Shown here: piece by piece, positions 24,217-37,110 of the stretch
Position numbering within the stretch: the stretch's first letter is position 1
Layout: the number at the start of each line of letters is the position of its first letter
Assembly (NCBI GenBank): GCA_965203295.1
Contig: CBDBCZ010000017.1
Span: 736,001-800,000 of the forward strand
From: Nitrospirales bacterium
GTDB lineage: Bacteria; Nitrospirota; Nitrospiria; Nitrospirales; UBA8639
Direction of reading: 5' to 3'
Length of the DNA: 64,000 nt
Translations under genes and position numbers: made by a program
The notes under the pieces: generated by a model
Told to the model about the DNA's origin: nothing
Database searches by the model: none
The model's input: the letters and a program-made list of their open reading frames with translations, nothing else

Positions 24217-24699
24217 GCCTTGACAAATTATTATGCCAGCATATTTTTAAGTACTCAAAAGCATTAGAGAGTTATACTTCAGACCTATGAACTTTATTGT
24301 GTTGTACAAACTGCTGTAGTTGCATTGATCATTGCAAATCGATGTTATTGCAGTGTGTTTCATTTCTTACGTATACCACGTGGTGCATAGTATGGTGAAT
24401 ATAAGGCATCCCCGAAAATGGATGGCATTGCCCATTTTCACGCAAATACAATGTATGCACACCGGGATGCCCACATTCCACAAGGTGCTTATGGGCATCC
24501 TGTTATGGATTCCTAAATATGGGCATCGTGGCACCAGTGGCTGTTGTAGTTCGTACGACGAAAGTGTGGAGGATATTAGTGATGAAATGGAAGGATCTTT
24601 GCGGGAGATCTCTGAGTCTGACTCGGCACAAGTTTCTTCGCAATTGTGTGTTCTCAATTCTTTCTTAGTTTGCACCCATGTGCAAGATTCCAGGGTAAC

Positions 24700-25445
24700 C
24701 CTTCAGTCCCTCCTGTAAGTACAAAGCATTGTAAAGGTGGAACATCAAATGACCCAAAGCATATTAAGCCACTTGATTGTGTGAGACTATTCCTTGGCAA
24801 TCATTTAGTTGTATCTGGTGTAAAGCTTTTTTGTTCATCTTGCCAAAAAGTTTCCGCTAAAAACAAGCTTTTTTTGTTCATCTTGCCAAGAAGTTTCCGC
24901 TAAAGAAAAAGCTTTACATATGAAGTCAGCCAAGGGAAAAGAAAGAATATTTTGAAACAGAAAAAAGAACAAAGTACATGTATCACTGAAGCCTTCGAGC
25001 TGGCTCGATGCGCTCCTGGGGGAACCCTACCTGACTCCACCTGTGTTTTTCAGGTGAAAGCAGGCATTTTGTTAAGCAAAATTGACAAGTTACGCGACGT
25101 GTTTGAAGAGAGTGGATATTCTTTGTGTAGCAGCACTCACCTTCGTCAATTGATACCATTTTTCCTTCTTGAAGAAAAACCAAGCAAGAGATTTCTGGCA
25201 GACCTGTATAAATCATATTTGATGTCACTAATGTTGCAGAGGCTTTTGTGCTCGTTCTACGGTTTGTTGAAAATTGGATTGTTAAACAACGGGTTGGTAG
25301 GCTTAATGCTTATAGCAAAGAGTGTAACAGGAGGGGAGGTTACCCGCCTACTTGTTGAAGATTTGTCTACAGAGCTTGGAATATCTTCTCACTTCATTAT
25401 AACAGCAATGCATGCCAGACTGTTCGTAAACCTTGAGCCTTGAGG
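24700..25445 (+). pseudogene. Degenerate hAT-like DNA transposase remnant
   Basis: Frameshifted fragments GVKLFCSSCQ (BED-like finger), GILLSKIDKLRDVFEESGY..STHLRQLIPF and LIAKSVTGGEVTRLLVEDLSTELGI resemble hAT/CGGBP-type transposases as I recall them. Confidence 0.55.
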
Positions 25446-26534
25446 ATAGTAGCTACTAGTATCTCAAATAAAAATGAACATGATGCCGTTGGTCTGGCAT
25501 GAAGTGCATTTCTTGTATTGGCATTGTACACTCTAGCGCACTAGGTGGTGAGTAATCAACCTTTTTTGTGAATCCTTCTTGATGCAGTACACATGCTATG
25601 GATGCCTCCCTAGTCAAGTTTAAGGTGAGGATGCATGCATGATGCTGTCATGTCAGGTATAGGGCAGCTGGCTGTTTTGTTTACATGGAAATATGCACGT
25701 TTTGTGTTTCCGTATTTAAGTTACACGAAAGCACAAAAACGTAAATGTTTTTATGCATTTTCTTCATTTAGTGCCACCTTTTACCCCCATTACATCATAC
25801 TGGTAAAGGGTCTGTATATTAGGTTGCTCAACATGTAGGGCTAAACCTCATTACACTATTATATTATGTTAAACGCACCAATACAGGCGCAGAGTTGAAA
25901 AGAATACAGTAAGCAATTAATACACAAATTAGTCGAAATAGTGTTAATTAATCATGACGCTGATATCAGGGTCCGTGCAAGCTCTATGTGTGCTCTGCAG
26001 GGCTCAGCCTCATTGGCACACTATGATTCTTTGCTGAACCTCAGTGGGTTGCATGTACGCATCTCAGGGCTGAACCTCAGTAGGGTGAATTACAGACCAT
26101 TCACCCTACTGAGGTTTACATTGCACATTATTCAGAGCTGAGCCTCAGTAGGTTGCATGGTACGCCAGTCAGAGCAGTACACACTATTCAGGGCACCTTA
26201 GTAGGTGCGTTGCACGCTATTCAGGGCTGAACCTCATGAAGTAGATTGCATTGCACACATTCAGAACCAATGCTCCGTAGGATATATTGCTGGAACAAAC
26301 TTCTCTAGGTTGCATTGCACACTATTCAGGGCTGAACTTCAGTAGGTTCCATTGCACACTATCAGTCCTAACCTCACATACTATTCAAAGCTGGACATCA
26401 GTAGCTACATAGACACTATATCTGTGCCTCAGTGGCTAAGCCTGCACGGCACACATTAGTCGGGAAACCTCACTAGTTTTAATTTGCTGATTGTGCCCCC
26501 ATTTTATTGCTCTAGAAAACTGATTTGTATAATT

Positions 26535-28495
26535 AATAGCATGGCTTCGAGTGCAATTAGGGATTAATAGCACGAGTGAGTGGCATCATAGATAATATAA
26601 ACCGTAGGTGGATACGAAACGCTTCCGCTTACTACGTTTTCACGTGAAGCATTCATTGCAGCGGATGTAACGGACGTAATTTACGATATTCCGTTTATCT
26701 TTCTCGAGCTGCGTGCAGTGTGCATGAGTTTAGTCTGGGCCCGCTAGTAGCGTGAGTTATGGATCAAGAACTGCGAGCAGATGGTTGCGAGGAAAGAGTT
26801 TGTTCCTCTTCTAGTGGAGAGAGCGTTCTAGACGGAGATTTGGGTTTGGTCACTGTAGAAGTTGACGGTGAAGAAGAGCAGGTCCTGGTGCCACAAAGCG
26901 CCTCAACATGCCCGAGCGTGAGCATTGTGAGTGAAAAGTACCATTGTAGTACCTCTATTATGACTATGGTGCTACTAGCAAGCATATACTGCCTGTATAG
27001 CAGCGTCGCTAGTGTCTGTGCTCTATTTAATGCCCTGCAGGTCACAAATTCTAGTGCATCAGTTGATGAAGCTGCTTTGGGAGGCACAGGTGGTTGCACT
27101 ACACTGTTTCTTTCATGTGTGTCAGCACTGCAGAAAGAGCCGATCATCCAGCGCTCACCAAGGGGGAAGAAGGTACATGAACTTCTCCGCTATGTTGAAG
27201 AGAAGCGTGAAGAAGTATGATGAAGGCACCAACATTTGTTTGTCCATCACTGAGGAAGTCCTGACAACAAACTCAGTTTTGTGTTGTTGGGAAACGATTG
27301 CCCATAGCATCCCTCTTTCATACGAAGAGTACAGCATTGAACTATTGAAGGCTGTCGTCAATCTGTGGATAACTGTACGTGCCCATGCATTTGCCAAAGG
27401 ATGGACTATGAAATTTGAGAAGAAATACAAGAAAGGCACAAGAAAGTCACTGCAACCACAAAGAGTAGAGGATTGATGATATTATACTGTGATGCGTACA
27501 AAATAAAAAATATTGTTTGAGAGTTTAATACGATGCACACTGCTGCCGGTGTCGTTCTTCATTCTTCCTACGATCAAAACTCAAACGTAATCCCTTCTTT
27601 CGGCGCTTGTGATGCCCTCTTCCAACTGGCTTCACATCCATCTGCAAACAGAACAAAACCCTTATGCTATATGCATTCTGAGGGGGGATTTTTGTTTCAT
27701 TCCAGTGGACTTGTTATTGTTGCAAACACTGGATATGCACACAAAAACATGAACTGAGTTTCCGATTCTACTGCATGATCAAGCCTCATTTAATAGCCTA
27801 CAGGCCAAGCTAGAAGAAAGTCTCTATTTTCTCCCAGTAGATGACCTAGTTGGACATTGATCTCAAACAAGGTTTGGGTTCTGAGTCTAACAACCCTGGA
27901 GATAATCTCACACAAAGGAGAACACTGAGGTTCCGATTTTACAGCATGATGAGCCTCATTTAGAAAACTACAGACCAAGCCTGAGCAAAGTCTCTATTTT
28001 CTCCCAGTAGATGACCTAGATAGGCATTGGTCTGTAGCAGGTTTTTAGCTCAGAACCAAACTGCTCTGGAGATAATCTCACACAAAAGTTCCAAAGCTCT
28101 GCCTTCCATTGACTCCAGTGTGACACCTTCCCAGTTCACCGACTACTACTAGAAATGAGGCCTTCTTTTGTCTGCAGAGCCACTTACCTATGAACTGTCT
28201 GATGTAGCTGTCAGGATACTGGGCCCGTGCTGCTGTTTCGTTGCTCAATCGCTGAGGTAGACGCTGGAACTTGCACACCGTGGCTGGTCACGCGTACCGC
28301 TGCAATGACTGCTTCAATAAATCTCCGTATACTATCCGCGGACGCATACCGTTTCGCATCCACCTACGGTTTATATTATCTATGGTGGCATTAACTAGGT
28401 TTTAAATTGCACGAGGCGAAGCCGAGTGCTATTTGCCTAGTTGATGCCACTCACAAGTGCTATTAATTCCTATTTGCACGAGAAACCATGCTATT
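26535..28495. mobile_element. Long-hairpin element split by the P-like insertion
   Basis: With 26587-28391 removed, the arms aatagcatgg...gtgagtggcat.aactagg and cctagttgatgccactcac...ccatgctatt pair around a central gcacgaggcgaagccgagtgc. Similar hairpins occur at about 6770-6820, 31340-31460 and 57970-58055. Confidence 0.6.
26587..28384 (+). mobile_element. Internally deleted P-element-like DNA transposon
   Basis: ~34-bp TIR catagataatataaaccgtaggtggat(a/g)cgaaacg with an exact 7-bp TSD GTGGCAT (26580-26586 and 28385-28391). Internal coding remnant ...ELLKAVVNLWITVRAHAFAKGW...KKGTRKSL resembles a transposase C-terminus. Confidence 0.78.
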
Positions 28496-31240
28496 ATTTG
28501 TTAATCATGTAATTCGTCATCGAAAGGTAGGCGGGGCTTTTACAAGCTCGTCATCACCGACCCATACCTGCGAGAGAGACGAATCTCTATGCCGTTGCTC
28601 TACTAACGTTTCTATGCCCATAGGCCCGGGTTGCATAAATTTCTGGCCAATCAAATTGCTATTACAAATTTTGCACACTTATTGCCCAATAGTATCGCTA
28701 TTTCAGTTTTGCACACTTTTGCGTACAAGAAAACATGATTTGAATACAAGAAAACACAAATACAAGATATATTGCACACTTGTCTATGTAGTTTTAGTAC
28801 AGTACAATAACAAGTACATGATTATATTATTATTTTATGTAGGATGAGAGCATCAGTACACAAACATAAGCTGACCTACAACAGCATGAGAAGCAATTAA
28901 TAGGACACTATTATGTAGTGGACCAAGAAGGCTATATTGAACCGGCTTCCTGGTAAGTAGCTAAGCTGTGTACACATACTTAGCAAGGCACAGGTATATA
29001 CTTCTTCAATGCAAACAAGCTTGTAATACTCACACACTTCATTAGACAGTCTATAGACTGCATACCACACTGCAAAAACTGAAGTAAGAATGACATAGCA
29101 AAGGTAAGAGCCCTGTGGCAAACTAGATACATAGTTCATACCATCTTGCCATAGGAATCATACCTTTGGTGTACATGTGACCTTCCTTTATACTTCAATT
29201 TTTGCAGTGCAAATTTAGCATTCAGTTCTTTGCTCAACTGGGCTTTAGGAGACCTGTGTTCGCTCACGAACCATGCATGGGCAGCTCAAGGGAGCTGGAG
29301 AGTGAGAATAACAAGCTATATGTAGTTCTGGGGTGTGGCTGTGGTGCTAGACTAAGTGCAGTTTGAGAGGTGAGCAAGATCCACATTGTCACACTCCAGT
29401 TTTACGCCTACCTTCGAAGATGTATTATATATCAGAGAAGGTTGGTTCGATCACTCTCAGTCAGATGTTTCATGATCCTGGAGACTTATCACCTCATGCA
29501 CACTCAGGATGTCTGTTTGACATCCAATTTTACAGAGGAGATAATGCTACTATACTAATTTTAAAACAGTCTGGTTTACAAACATATACCACTATCACTC
29601 GCGATCTTACACTGGACGGAAGGGGAAACACAGTCTGGGGATGTATATAAAGCGAGCACAAATGAATCCGAATTGCTAACTGTCTTGCATAGGTGTGAAG
29701 ATGGGGTAAAGTTGAATGCTGTACATACATTTTGATATGTGCCTCCCTATAGCCTTGTGCCCACACCATGTAGTTGATACAGGAAAGAAAAAGTTCACTG
29801 CTAGAAAACAAATCTAGTGGCTGCTGAAAGACACTGTCTAGACACATGACTCCAATAACATGGATATAGCTTATGTCAGTGTCCTGATCATAGCTACATG
29901 CATTATAGAACCATGTCGACAACACAACAAATGGGATGGGAATGGGTGCCATAGCAGCAGTAATGTGAGGTGAGGTGGACCGATGACAGCCTTGACTACA
30001 ATTAAGCTGTGGGTGCTTTCCTCCTTAATTTCAACTATACAGCAAATAAAATTAATAAAGTCTACTTGGAATTGGTGAAGCTTGTTGCACTCTGGGTTAC
30101 AACATGGGAGTGATTTCCAATATAAGTTAAGGTGGCTGGAAATTATTGGAAAAAGGCTTTTGTTGTATAGGAAATGCACATAATTATAATAGTACAATGT
30201 GGAGGAACCGGCTATATACTTTTCTGTCGTTTGACCTTGGGGATTAGACGGAAAATATGCTCCCGAAAGTTTGCTTGACGCTGCATGCTTCACATGCGTG
30301 GTGGGGGTGTACGTGGCTGCTGGTAGTATATATGTCAGCCACGTGTTGTCTGGGGTCATTCCTAGCTTGTGCACATTCGTCACAATCCTAGTCTCTTTGC
30401 CTCCCTCCCCCCCCCCCCCCCCCCCTTTTTCCCCCTCCTCGCCTTCTTGTTGGGGATCGAGCTCATATTTTTCCTTGCATTCATGACTCAGATATATCTG
30501 CCGGCCATATTCTGGACTGGTGGTGTTGCCGTGGACTGCTAGCTTGTATTTTGTTGTCGTTTTTCTTTTGTTGTTTCTTTGGTTGTTTTCCTTGTGTATT
30601 GTCGGTACGGTCAGTCGATAGTATGTCTACCTTGCTGGTTTTTGTTCGGTTTTTTTCCTGAGGTTTTTCTCCTGTACGCGGTTTTTCCTCAGGTTTTTTC
30701 CCTTGGGGGTTTTGTGTTTTGACCCTCTAAATTCTGTGGTCACTCGTTGTATTATGTGTTTGGATTATCAGTTTGGATAACTTTGTCAGTTTAGATAACT
30801 TTGTGGCGTGCACAACAGGCTGTTCTCAAAATGTTTTGTGTCTAGTGGGTGCACGGGGCATGTTTCGGGAGATCTAAAATCAGCTGGGCTGCTATCATAA
30901 CATTAAAAGCTCTTGTTACTACATAACTATTGTTCTCTGTCAAAGCAGTTGCACAGAGAGTCTGGGAACAAGGCTAAGTTAAGCAATTGTTATTGCAGCC
31001 TTTTTGTGTCCCATGATAATACAAGTTAGGGAAAAACATTTTTAGAACATGTGAATGGAATCACAAAAAAGCAACAAAACAAGGAATGATTATACCAAAT
31101 TTCTTATATGGAGTATTACCATCCCTACAGCTCTTCAACGTCATAATACCATCATCCCCTATTAGTAGAGTGACCATTAAAAGATTTACTACATGATAAT
31201 GTCCAAATTAGAGTACATTGTCAGGTGGAAATATGGTGAT

Positions 31241-31733
31241 GTTAGGCGCATTCTGTAAATCGATACTCATTCGTTGCATCATAGATAGTCTACTATCTAT
31301 GGTTGCATATATAATTGTGCTGTGCATTCTATGTAATATTTATATACCAGTTGGCAGTGCATTACGGAAGGCGAGTGCATTATCCACCCGAGACCATTAC
31401 TTAATTGACCGAGCGCACTAATTTGTCCCGTAATCCACTGCCAACTGGTATATAAAGTATTTAGTGCTCTCACTGACGTGAGACAGCCACAGTTTTGTTG
31501 GTCGTTATTTAGAAGTGTGCATTAAGCGATTTAATGCACGGTCATCTGATCGATTTTGAGACTTCTGATTCGTTGAAGGTCACGCGAGTATAGCATTAAA
31601 AATGTGTAATGTCTATGGTGTTACCCTTTCCCTAATTGTAACCCTAGCCCTAATCCTCTAACTCTATAACCTGAAAATCGCCATCATGTGCCACACAATA
31701 ATTAAAACTGCAAATTTACAAAATGCACCCAAC
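31241..31733. mobile_element. TIR element containing a nested hairpin
   Basis: Imperfect inverted ends gttaggcgcattctgtaaat / atttacaaaatgcacccaac, with internal ccctagccctaatcct. Confidence 0.5.
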
Positions 31734-31809
31734 AGTTATAATGACACTTCTACATCAAATATTTTCACAACCAAGCCTTACAAAATTAAAACCCATTGTG
31801 CACGGTACA

Positions 31810-32883
31810 TTAATTACTAACAGTATTAAGATAAGCTACATACAGCATCAATATGCACACAATAAAGAGATTCGCAAACGATGTGCTCACTGCTGAGCTG
31901 CCGGTGAAAAGACAGCAGTGGGGCTCAAGGCAGCAGTCATGAGGAGCACATGCCGATAATGGGTCATGACACTCCGGATTCACCTTTGGACAACAATCTA
32001 TAGGACAAGATGTGGCGTTTTCTCCACTCTGGCACTCGAAGTCACCACAGAATGTATCAATTTCCATCGCCTGGCTTCGTGTAGTTCGCTTCTTATTTAC
32101 TTTCTCAGCCTCTAAGCAACATCCTCTGAAGCATCCTATCCATTTGGGGCACAAGCCAGGAACGCTTTTAGGCAGCCCAGACCAAAGATCGTCGCACTTT
32201 CTTTCACAATACCGTTGCTGAGTACAACTGGCACAATTATAGCGATAGGTGATTCTCCCCCCTCCCGAGGGTGAATTCTGGCCACATTGTCCGCAGTACG
32301 CCTCTGTGCTGCCACCACCTTGATAAGTTTCCCCATCACAACTGGGATCGTCATCGTTACAATTGTTACAGCAACCGTAGAAGTGTAAGCCGCTAGTGCC
32401 TCCATGATCCCACTGGGTGCAGTAGCTCGGAGAGAACATTCGAACATCTACGCTTGGCCAATACTGACATCGACAGTGATTGAACAGTGGCCCCTTGATA
32501 TCGTACGCTTGGTTACAAACGCATCGTGTATCGGTGCCCAGAGATCCACAGCGTATAGGGCGGCTATGTATGGGAACACAGTCCACGTCATGAGCTGTCA
32601 CGTCAGGAACGTCAACAACATTGCTCAAAGAATAGTCATTGATGGGATCACAAGTCCATCTATTAAATAAGCCTTCAGCATCCCTTTCACAGTCCGACAC
32701 GCGCTCGGAAATCAAATCACCCTTGTAGCAAGATCCAGGTATACGAGGGTCACAATTGAAGGACAGTGGTAACTCGCGTTTTTCTTTGCGAGGTGTGACA
32801 CTTGCAGCAGCGTTTATGACGCAGAGAGGAAGTGCAATCAGGTAGATACGCATACTAATAGAACTGGTAGTTGACAACGCCAT
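31810..32883 (-). CDS. Intronless 357-aa Cys-rich secreted/GPI-anchored precursor
   Basis: N-terminal signal peptide, then basic site RKEKR, a very Cys-rich body and a second basic site KKR. This is followed by a CGDFECQSGENATSCPIDCC module, small residues (TGSS) and a hydrophobic C-terminal tail. TATA-like TATATAG lies about 100 bp upstream. Confidence 0.85.
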   Translation of the reverse strand: MALSTTSSISMRIYLIALPLCVINAAASVTPRKEKRELPLSFNCDPRIPGSCYKGDLISERVSDCERDAEGLFNRWTCDPINDYSLSNVVDVPDVTAHDVDCVPIHSRPIRCGSLGTDTRCVCNQAYDIKGPLFNHCRCQYWPSVDVRMFSPSYCTQWDHGGTSGLHFYGCCNNCNDDDPSCDGETYQGGGSTEAYCGQCGQNSPSGGGRITYRYNCASCTQQRYCERKCDDLWSGLPKSVPGLCPKWIGCFRGCCLEAEKVNKKRTTRSQAMEIDTFCGDFECQSGENATSCPIDCCPKVNPECHDPLSACAPHDCCLEPHCCLFTGSSAVSTSFANLFIVCILMLYVAYLNTVSN

Positions 32884-33309
32884 TGGAACATCAGCTTCGT
32901 CCCTAACCCCTGCGCGGTTATGGCGCGATACTATCGCAGCGTGGTACTTTACCTAATACCGTATTCGCTCTAATCAAGGCGCCTCTATATATTAGGGAGG
33001 AAGAGGGAACTGAAAAACTGAATGCTCTATCGTGATGCTGAGAATGGGCACTTATGTTGGTGCCACTGTGATCGGATTGATTTGTAATGGACAGCCAGCT
33101 AGACCCTTCAAAATATTATCATTGTGCAATTCCAATGAGTGAGCAGGATTAAAATGATAATTAGGAATGAAGGAATGATCAAATAACCTCTGGGGGGCTG
33201 GGGGGGGGGGGGGGGGGGGGGGGGGGGAGGAACAGTACAATAATTAGAAAAAGATTTAGCCAAACTCTTTCACCAAAATTCAAACTGGATAGGGAGTTCA
33301 GTATACATG

Positions 33310-33710
33310 TAGGTCTTCTGGAACCTCACAGGGGCAGTTGCTCCCATCCCCAAAGCACTGGTGACACCCTCACCAGCCCCATCAGTTACCGAAGACAACA
33401 GGGCCCTTCATCTACGGCAGCGTCCCACAGCTTCTCCCAACCAATGCTTTTTGCTACTTCCGCAACCACTCAAGCCTTCCCCTAGCCTCTGATCACACTT
33501 TGCTAGCTTCAACGCTTTGTCCCTCTTAATTCCTGACGTGCTCCTTCATCTCGCGGGGGTGTGGGCATTCCTGCTCCTCCTCCCCCAAAATTTGATTGGT
33601 GTAGCCGCTGGTACCAAAAACCTCCTCCAGCTCTCTGCACTCTCGCACCGGGTACACCTACTCCGTGTCACTGTTCACGATCCAACAGAGACCGCAACAT
33701 CCTAGGTGCT
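33310..33710 (-). mobile_element. Degenerate 3' fragment of a non-LTR retrotransposon ORF2
   Basis: The minus strand gives frameshifted VRECRELEEVFGT..TNQIL and VAKSIGWEKLWDAAVDEG...HQCFG..NCPC, like C-termini of LINE ORF2 that I recall from sponges. Confidence 0.5.
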
Positions 33711-33954
33711 CGAGTGCGCATGCGCGTGCATTGACGCAGATATTGGTGTGCGGTCTACGTGTACAAGTGGGTGAGGCATACATTATAAAAGTGCGTCGTT
33801 GCTCTATCAAGAAGTACAGATTGTTAGTTATCGACTAACCTACTGCGATCACTGCCGTCACTTGTTGGTATGTTCAATTTTCCGTTTAAATTTATTGTGA
33901 GCTGATTTGTATACTCTCTATTATGTAGCCTGACCACCGAGTCACATCTCCATA

Positions 33955-34285
33955 ATGGATGGAAGGGACACTTGGGAATACAAGACACTATTCAAGAATC
34001 AAGCTGAGCTTGCTGCTATGATGGCTAAAATAAACGGAGTAGCTCTCAAAATTGCCGATGAACTCGTTGCGCGAGATGTAATCGGAAGTGCTCTCAGAGA
34101 AACAGTCGATATTCGTGGTCCTCATGTTACCGAGACTATGCGGGCGCAGCCACTTATTACGGCAATGCTGTCAAAGATTGAAATCAACCGAAAGCGTTAT
34201 CATGATTTCCGTGCTGCTATGTTAAAGCCTACCGTAGGCATGGAGAAAGATATAGTGAACTTGTACGTGCCAAAAGAAGAAAAAG
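33955..34285 (+). CDS. Death-fold (CARD/DEATH-like) domain exon; downstream exons not identified
   Basis: TATAAAA at about 33784, a probable 5'-UTR intron (about 33868-33928), ATG at 33955 and a donor G|GTAAAT after 34285. The 110-aa helical pattern EYKTL..L..IADELVARDVI..T..RAQPLI..I..YHDF..L fits a death fold. Confidence 0.62.
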
Positions 34286-36844
34286 GTAAATGTATATATT
34301 CATATGTTACAGTATATGCTGATAGAACTAGGTCTAGAATAAAAAATTTTGATGTATGTACGCTGCCAGTAATGTAACTGCCCAGTCTCATAGGCCAAGT
34401 TTGGCCTGCTGCTTTGTAGTGAGACTTAAAAATATCTATCTATATGCGCATGATGATGCTGCAGCAATATAATTGTAGATGGGTTTAGTCATGCAACTCA
34501 GATATATAGCAGCTTGCAGAACTGTACTGAAGCTAGCAATATAAGTGCACGTATAATATACCTATCTTATTTCCCATCCATGCAGCAAATTAATTCTGCA
34601 TGACGTGGACATGCAGTACTTGATAAAGGAAGTTGAATTGTTTATTAAACAGTTGAGCTATAATAACTGCTCTATATATAGCTCTAGTACAAGTAGGTAT
34701 ACTCTGGACCTTTTTTATCATGACTATAGCTAGTTTGATGACTCAAAGTTTATACATGTAACTGTAAATGTGTTACATATATTTTACCTTATTATTTGCT
34801 ATATTGTTATAGTTAAAATTTTTACTTTGCGTGCAGTTAACGTTATTGGAAGGACTAGGCTAGTGGTTAGTTGCATGCATGCGCACACAGTATAGAGCAT
34901 GCATATAGCAACCATGGCACACTAAAAAGTCGACTGCTATAATTATATAAAGCTAGTGGAACACAACAAGATAAGCGAAATCCACTGCCCGCTGATATGG
35001 GGAGTTCAACCCTGGCTAGTATCCAGCAATGGATGCCTGTGGGCTAGAAGGGTCTCCTCAAGCTAAGCACAGAGGAGGGTCTAGCTTGATAGACTAAGCA
35101 TCAATCTGATAAGCCCTGAAAATCATAAATGTAATCAGCGTTTGCTGTGACCATGCATGGACTATACTTTGTCATAGCCATGCATATATTGAAGGAAAGC
35201 CTGTCATTGACCACTTTCAATTGTTATTCCTGCAGATCAATTCATCCTTAATATTATAATGCATGGAGTATATGCCCCCTTTTACTATTTCAACCCGAGA
35301 TACCCAGGGGTCTCACTATACGTTTACTTTAACTTTAGATAGCTGCACGTAACCATGCATAGTCACGGGTCAGTCCATGCACGGTATATTATCAAGCACC
35401 AATTCAGCTTGGCTGTTGATGTTGCATTCAGTGTTAGTGGCGGCCTGTATTTACCACCCTCCCACTGCCTTCACACTTCATGCAATTGTTACCTTAACTG
35501 GGGTTCATGGAAGTTTGACCATTAGTGAAACTCCATCCATGCAGAAGACACAATCTGGGCGTGACTTGTTCTGGGCAGGGCCGTTGAGGGATCCTGCATG
35601 GGCCCCCTCATCCCCCCCCCCCAATTCCTATATATAGAGGCTTGAAGATGCATGCTTTAGGCTAGTCAGTCATTTCACGGACTTATCTTGCTACGCAAGG
35701 GATGCCCAGTCCTCCCTCCCTCCAAGCTACTTGTGTAATCCCCGAGAGAGTTCATGTGAGTTTATGTGGCCACCTGTCCATTAACTACATGCATGCATAT
35801 CCATCAGATCAGCAGCAGCCAGATGGCTGGCCACAAACCACATGGTTTCATTACTTTCAATTTTAGTGGAATTCAGAAAGGAAACATATTATTGACAGAA
35901 AGGAAACATTATTGACAGAAAGGAAACATTATTGACAGAAAGGAAACACATTATTGACAGAAAGGAACATATTATTTAGGAAAGGCTATTATTAGCTATA
36001 GAGACCCAACATGAGATGGATGGGGTTGCCAGCTTGCAGCGGTGGGGCTATAGCGACCTACATGTACATGTACTACTATATACGCACTTTGTCAATCAAG
36101 CAGCGCCCTTTAACCCTTATTACTGCAGTTCCCAAAAAATATAAGCAGTGTAGATAGCTGCCCATGCATGCACTAGTGCAAATGTCTATCAAAGCTGTAC
36201 CATAGATAGCAGATGGCTGTACTCTCTGATTATATCATCTGCATAGTACAGGTGCACGTCACAGGTCATGATTTTTCCTTCAACATGTGACATGATCGTA
36301 AACTCTGGAGTATAAGTACCCATCAAATACAAGTATCCTATGAATATAAGTACCCATGAACCCAGTTGCTATCCACTTCTTGAATAGTAGTACCCATGCA
36401 AATAAAAGTACCCAATGAATATAAATACCCATCAGACAACATTCTAAGAAAACTGGGATGCATAAACAGTGCATGTGCATGTAACTAGTTAAGCATGAAT
36501 AATAAGGACGGTATCGGGTCCACCTAGGTCTACATCAGAAGGCATATGGGCTGTTGGGGGGCATTGAACTGCCTTGCAAGTATACACTTCAGTGCAAAGA
36601 AAGACCCCTCACATGTAAGATCATTGCTATGACAATCACAGAGTACAGTGAAGTCGAGAAAACACAAAAGTGACTATATCAAAACCAAAACTACAAGTTA
36701 TTGTGCATGCTGTTGTATACCATATATTTAACCTCGTTGAAAAGTACCCCGTGATTATAAGTACCCCATAATCTGTGCCACGAAAATGCACAATCTCCAA
36801 ATAGAAGTACCTGTACTTGTACTGCAGAGTTTATGGTATATATA

Positions 36845-37110
36845 GCAGACACAATTACAGCAATACTATCCCCCCCCCCCCCCCCCCCCCCCCTTCCCAA
36901 GGGTGAATTTTGGCCACTGGCATGCATGGTCTCTGGTCATCTGCATATACAGACACTGTCACAAGTCATGATTTTTGCTTAATTGTTGCCGCAAACCTTC
37001 AACATGTGACAATCATCATCAAGATCTATATATAGCTGACACAATTATAGCAATAGGTGATCTCCCCCTTCCCATGCAAGGGTAAACTTTGGCCACAGTC
37101 CACAGACTGG
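36845..37110 (-). pseudogene. Two decayed fragments of a paralog of the Cys-rich gene
   Basis: 37040-37105 (cacaattatagcaataggtgatctcccc...gggtaaactttggccaca) and about 36850-36915 match 32232-32290 (cacaattatagcgataggtgattctcccc...gggtgaattctggccaca). Confidence 0.7.

Noticed and set aside
29363..30800. ORFs of 95-170 aa and a T-rich tract resembling a retroelement UTR
   Set aside because: No recognisable motifs or splice-consistent structure; I could not classify it.
33005..33025. ISRE-like gaactgaaaaactgaa upstream of the Cys-rich gene
   Set aside because: The spacing does not fit GAAANNGAAA well, and such matches occur by chance.
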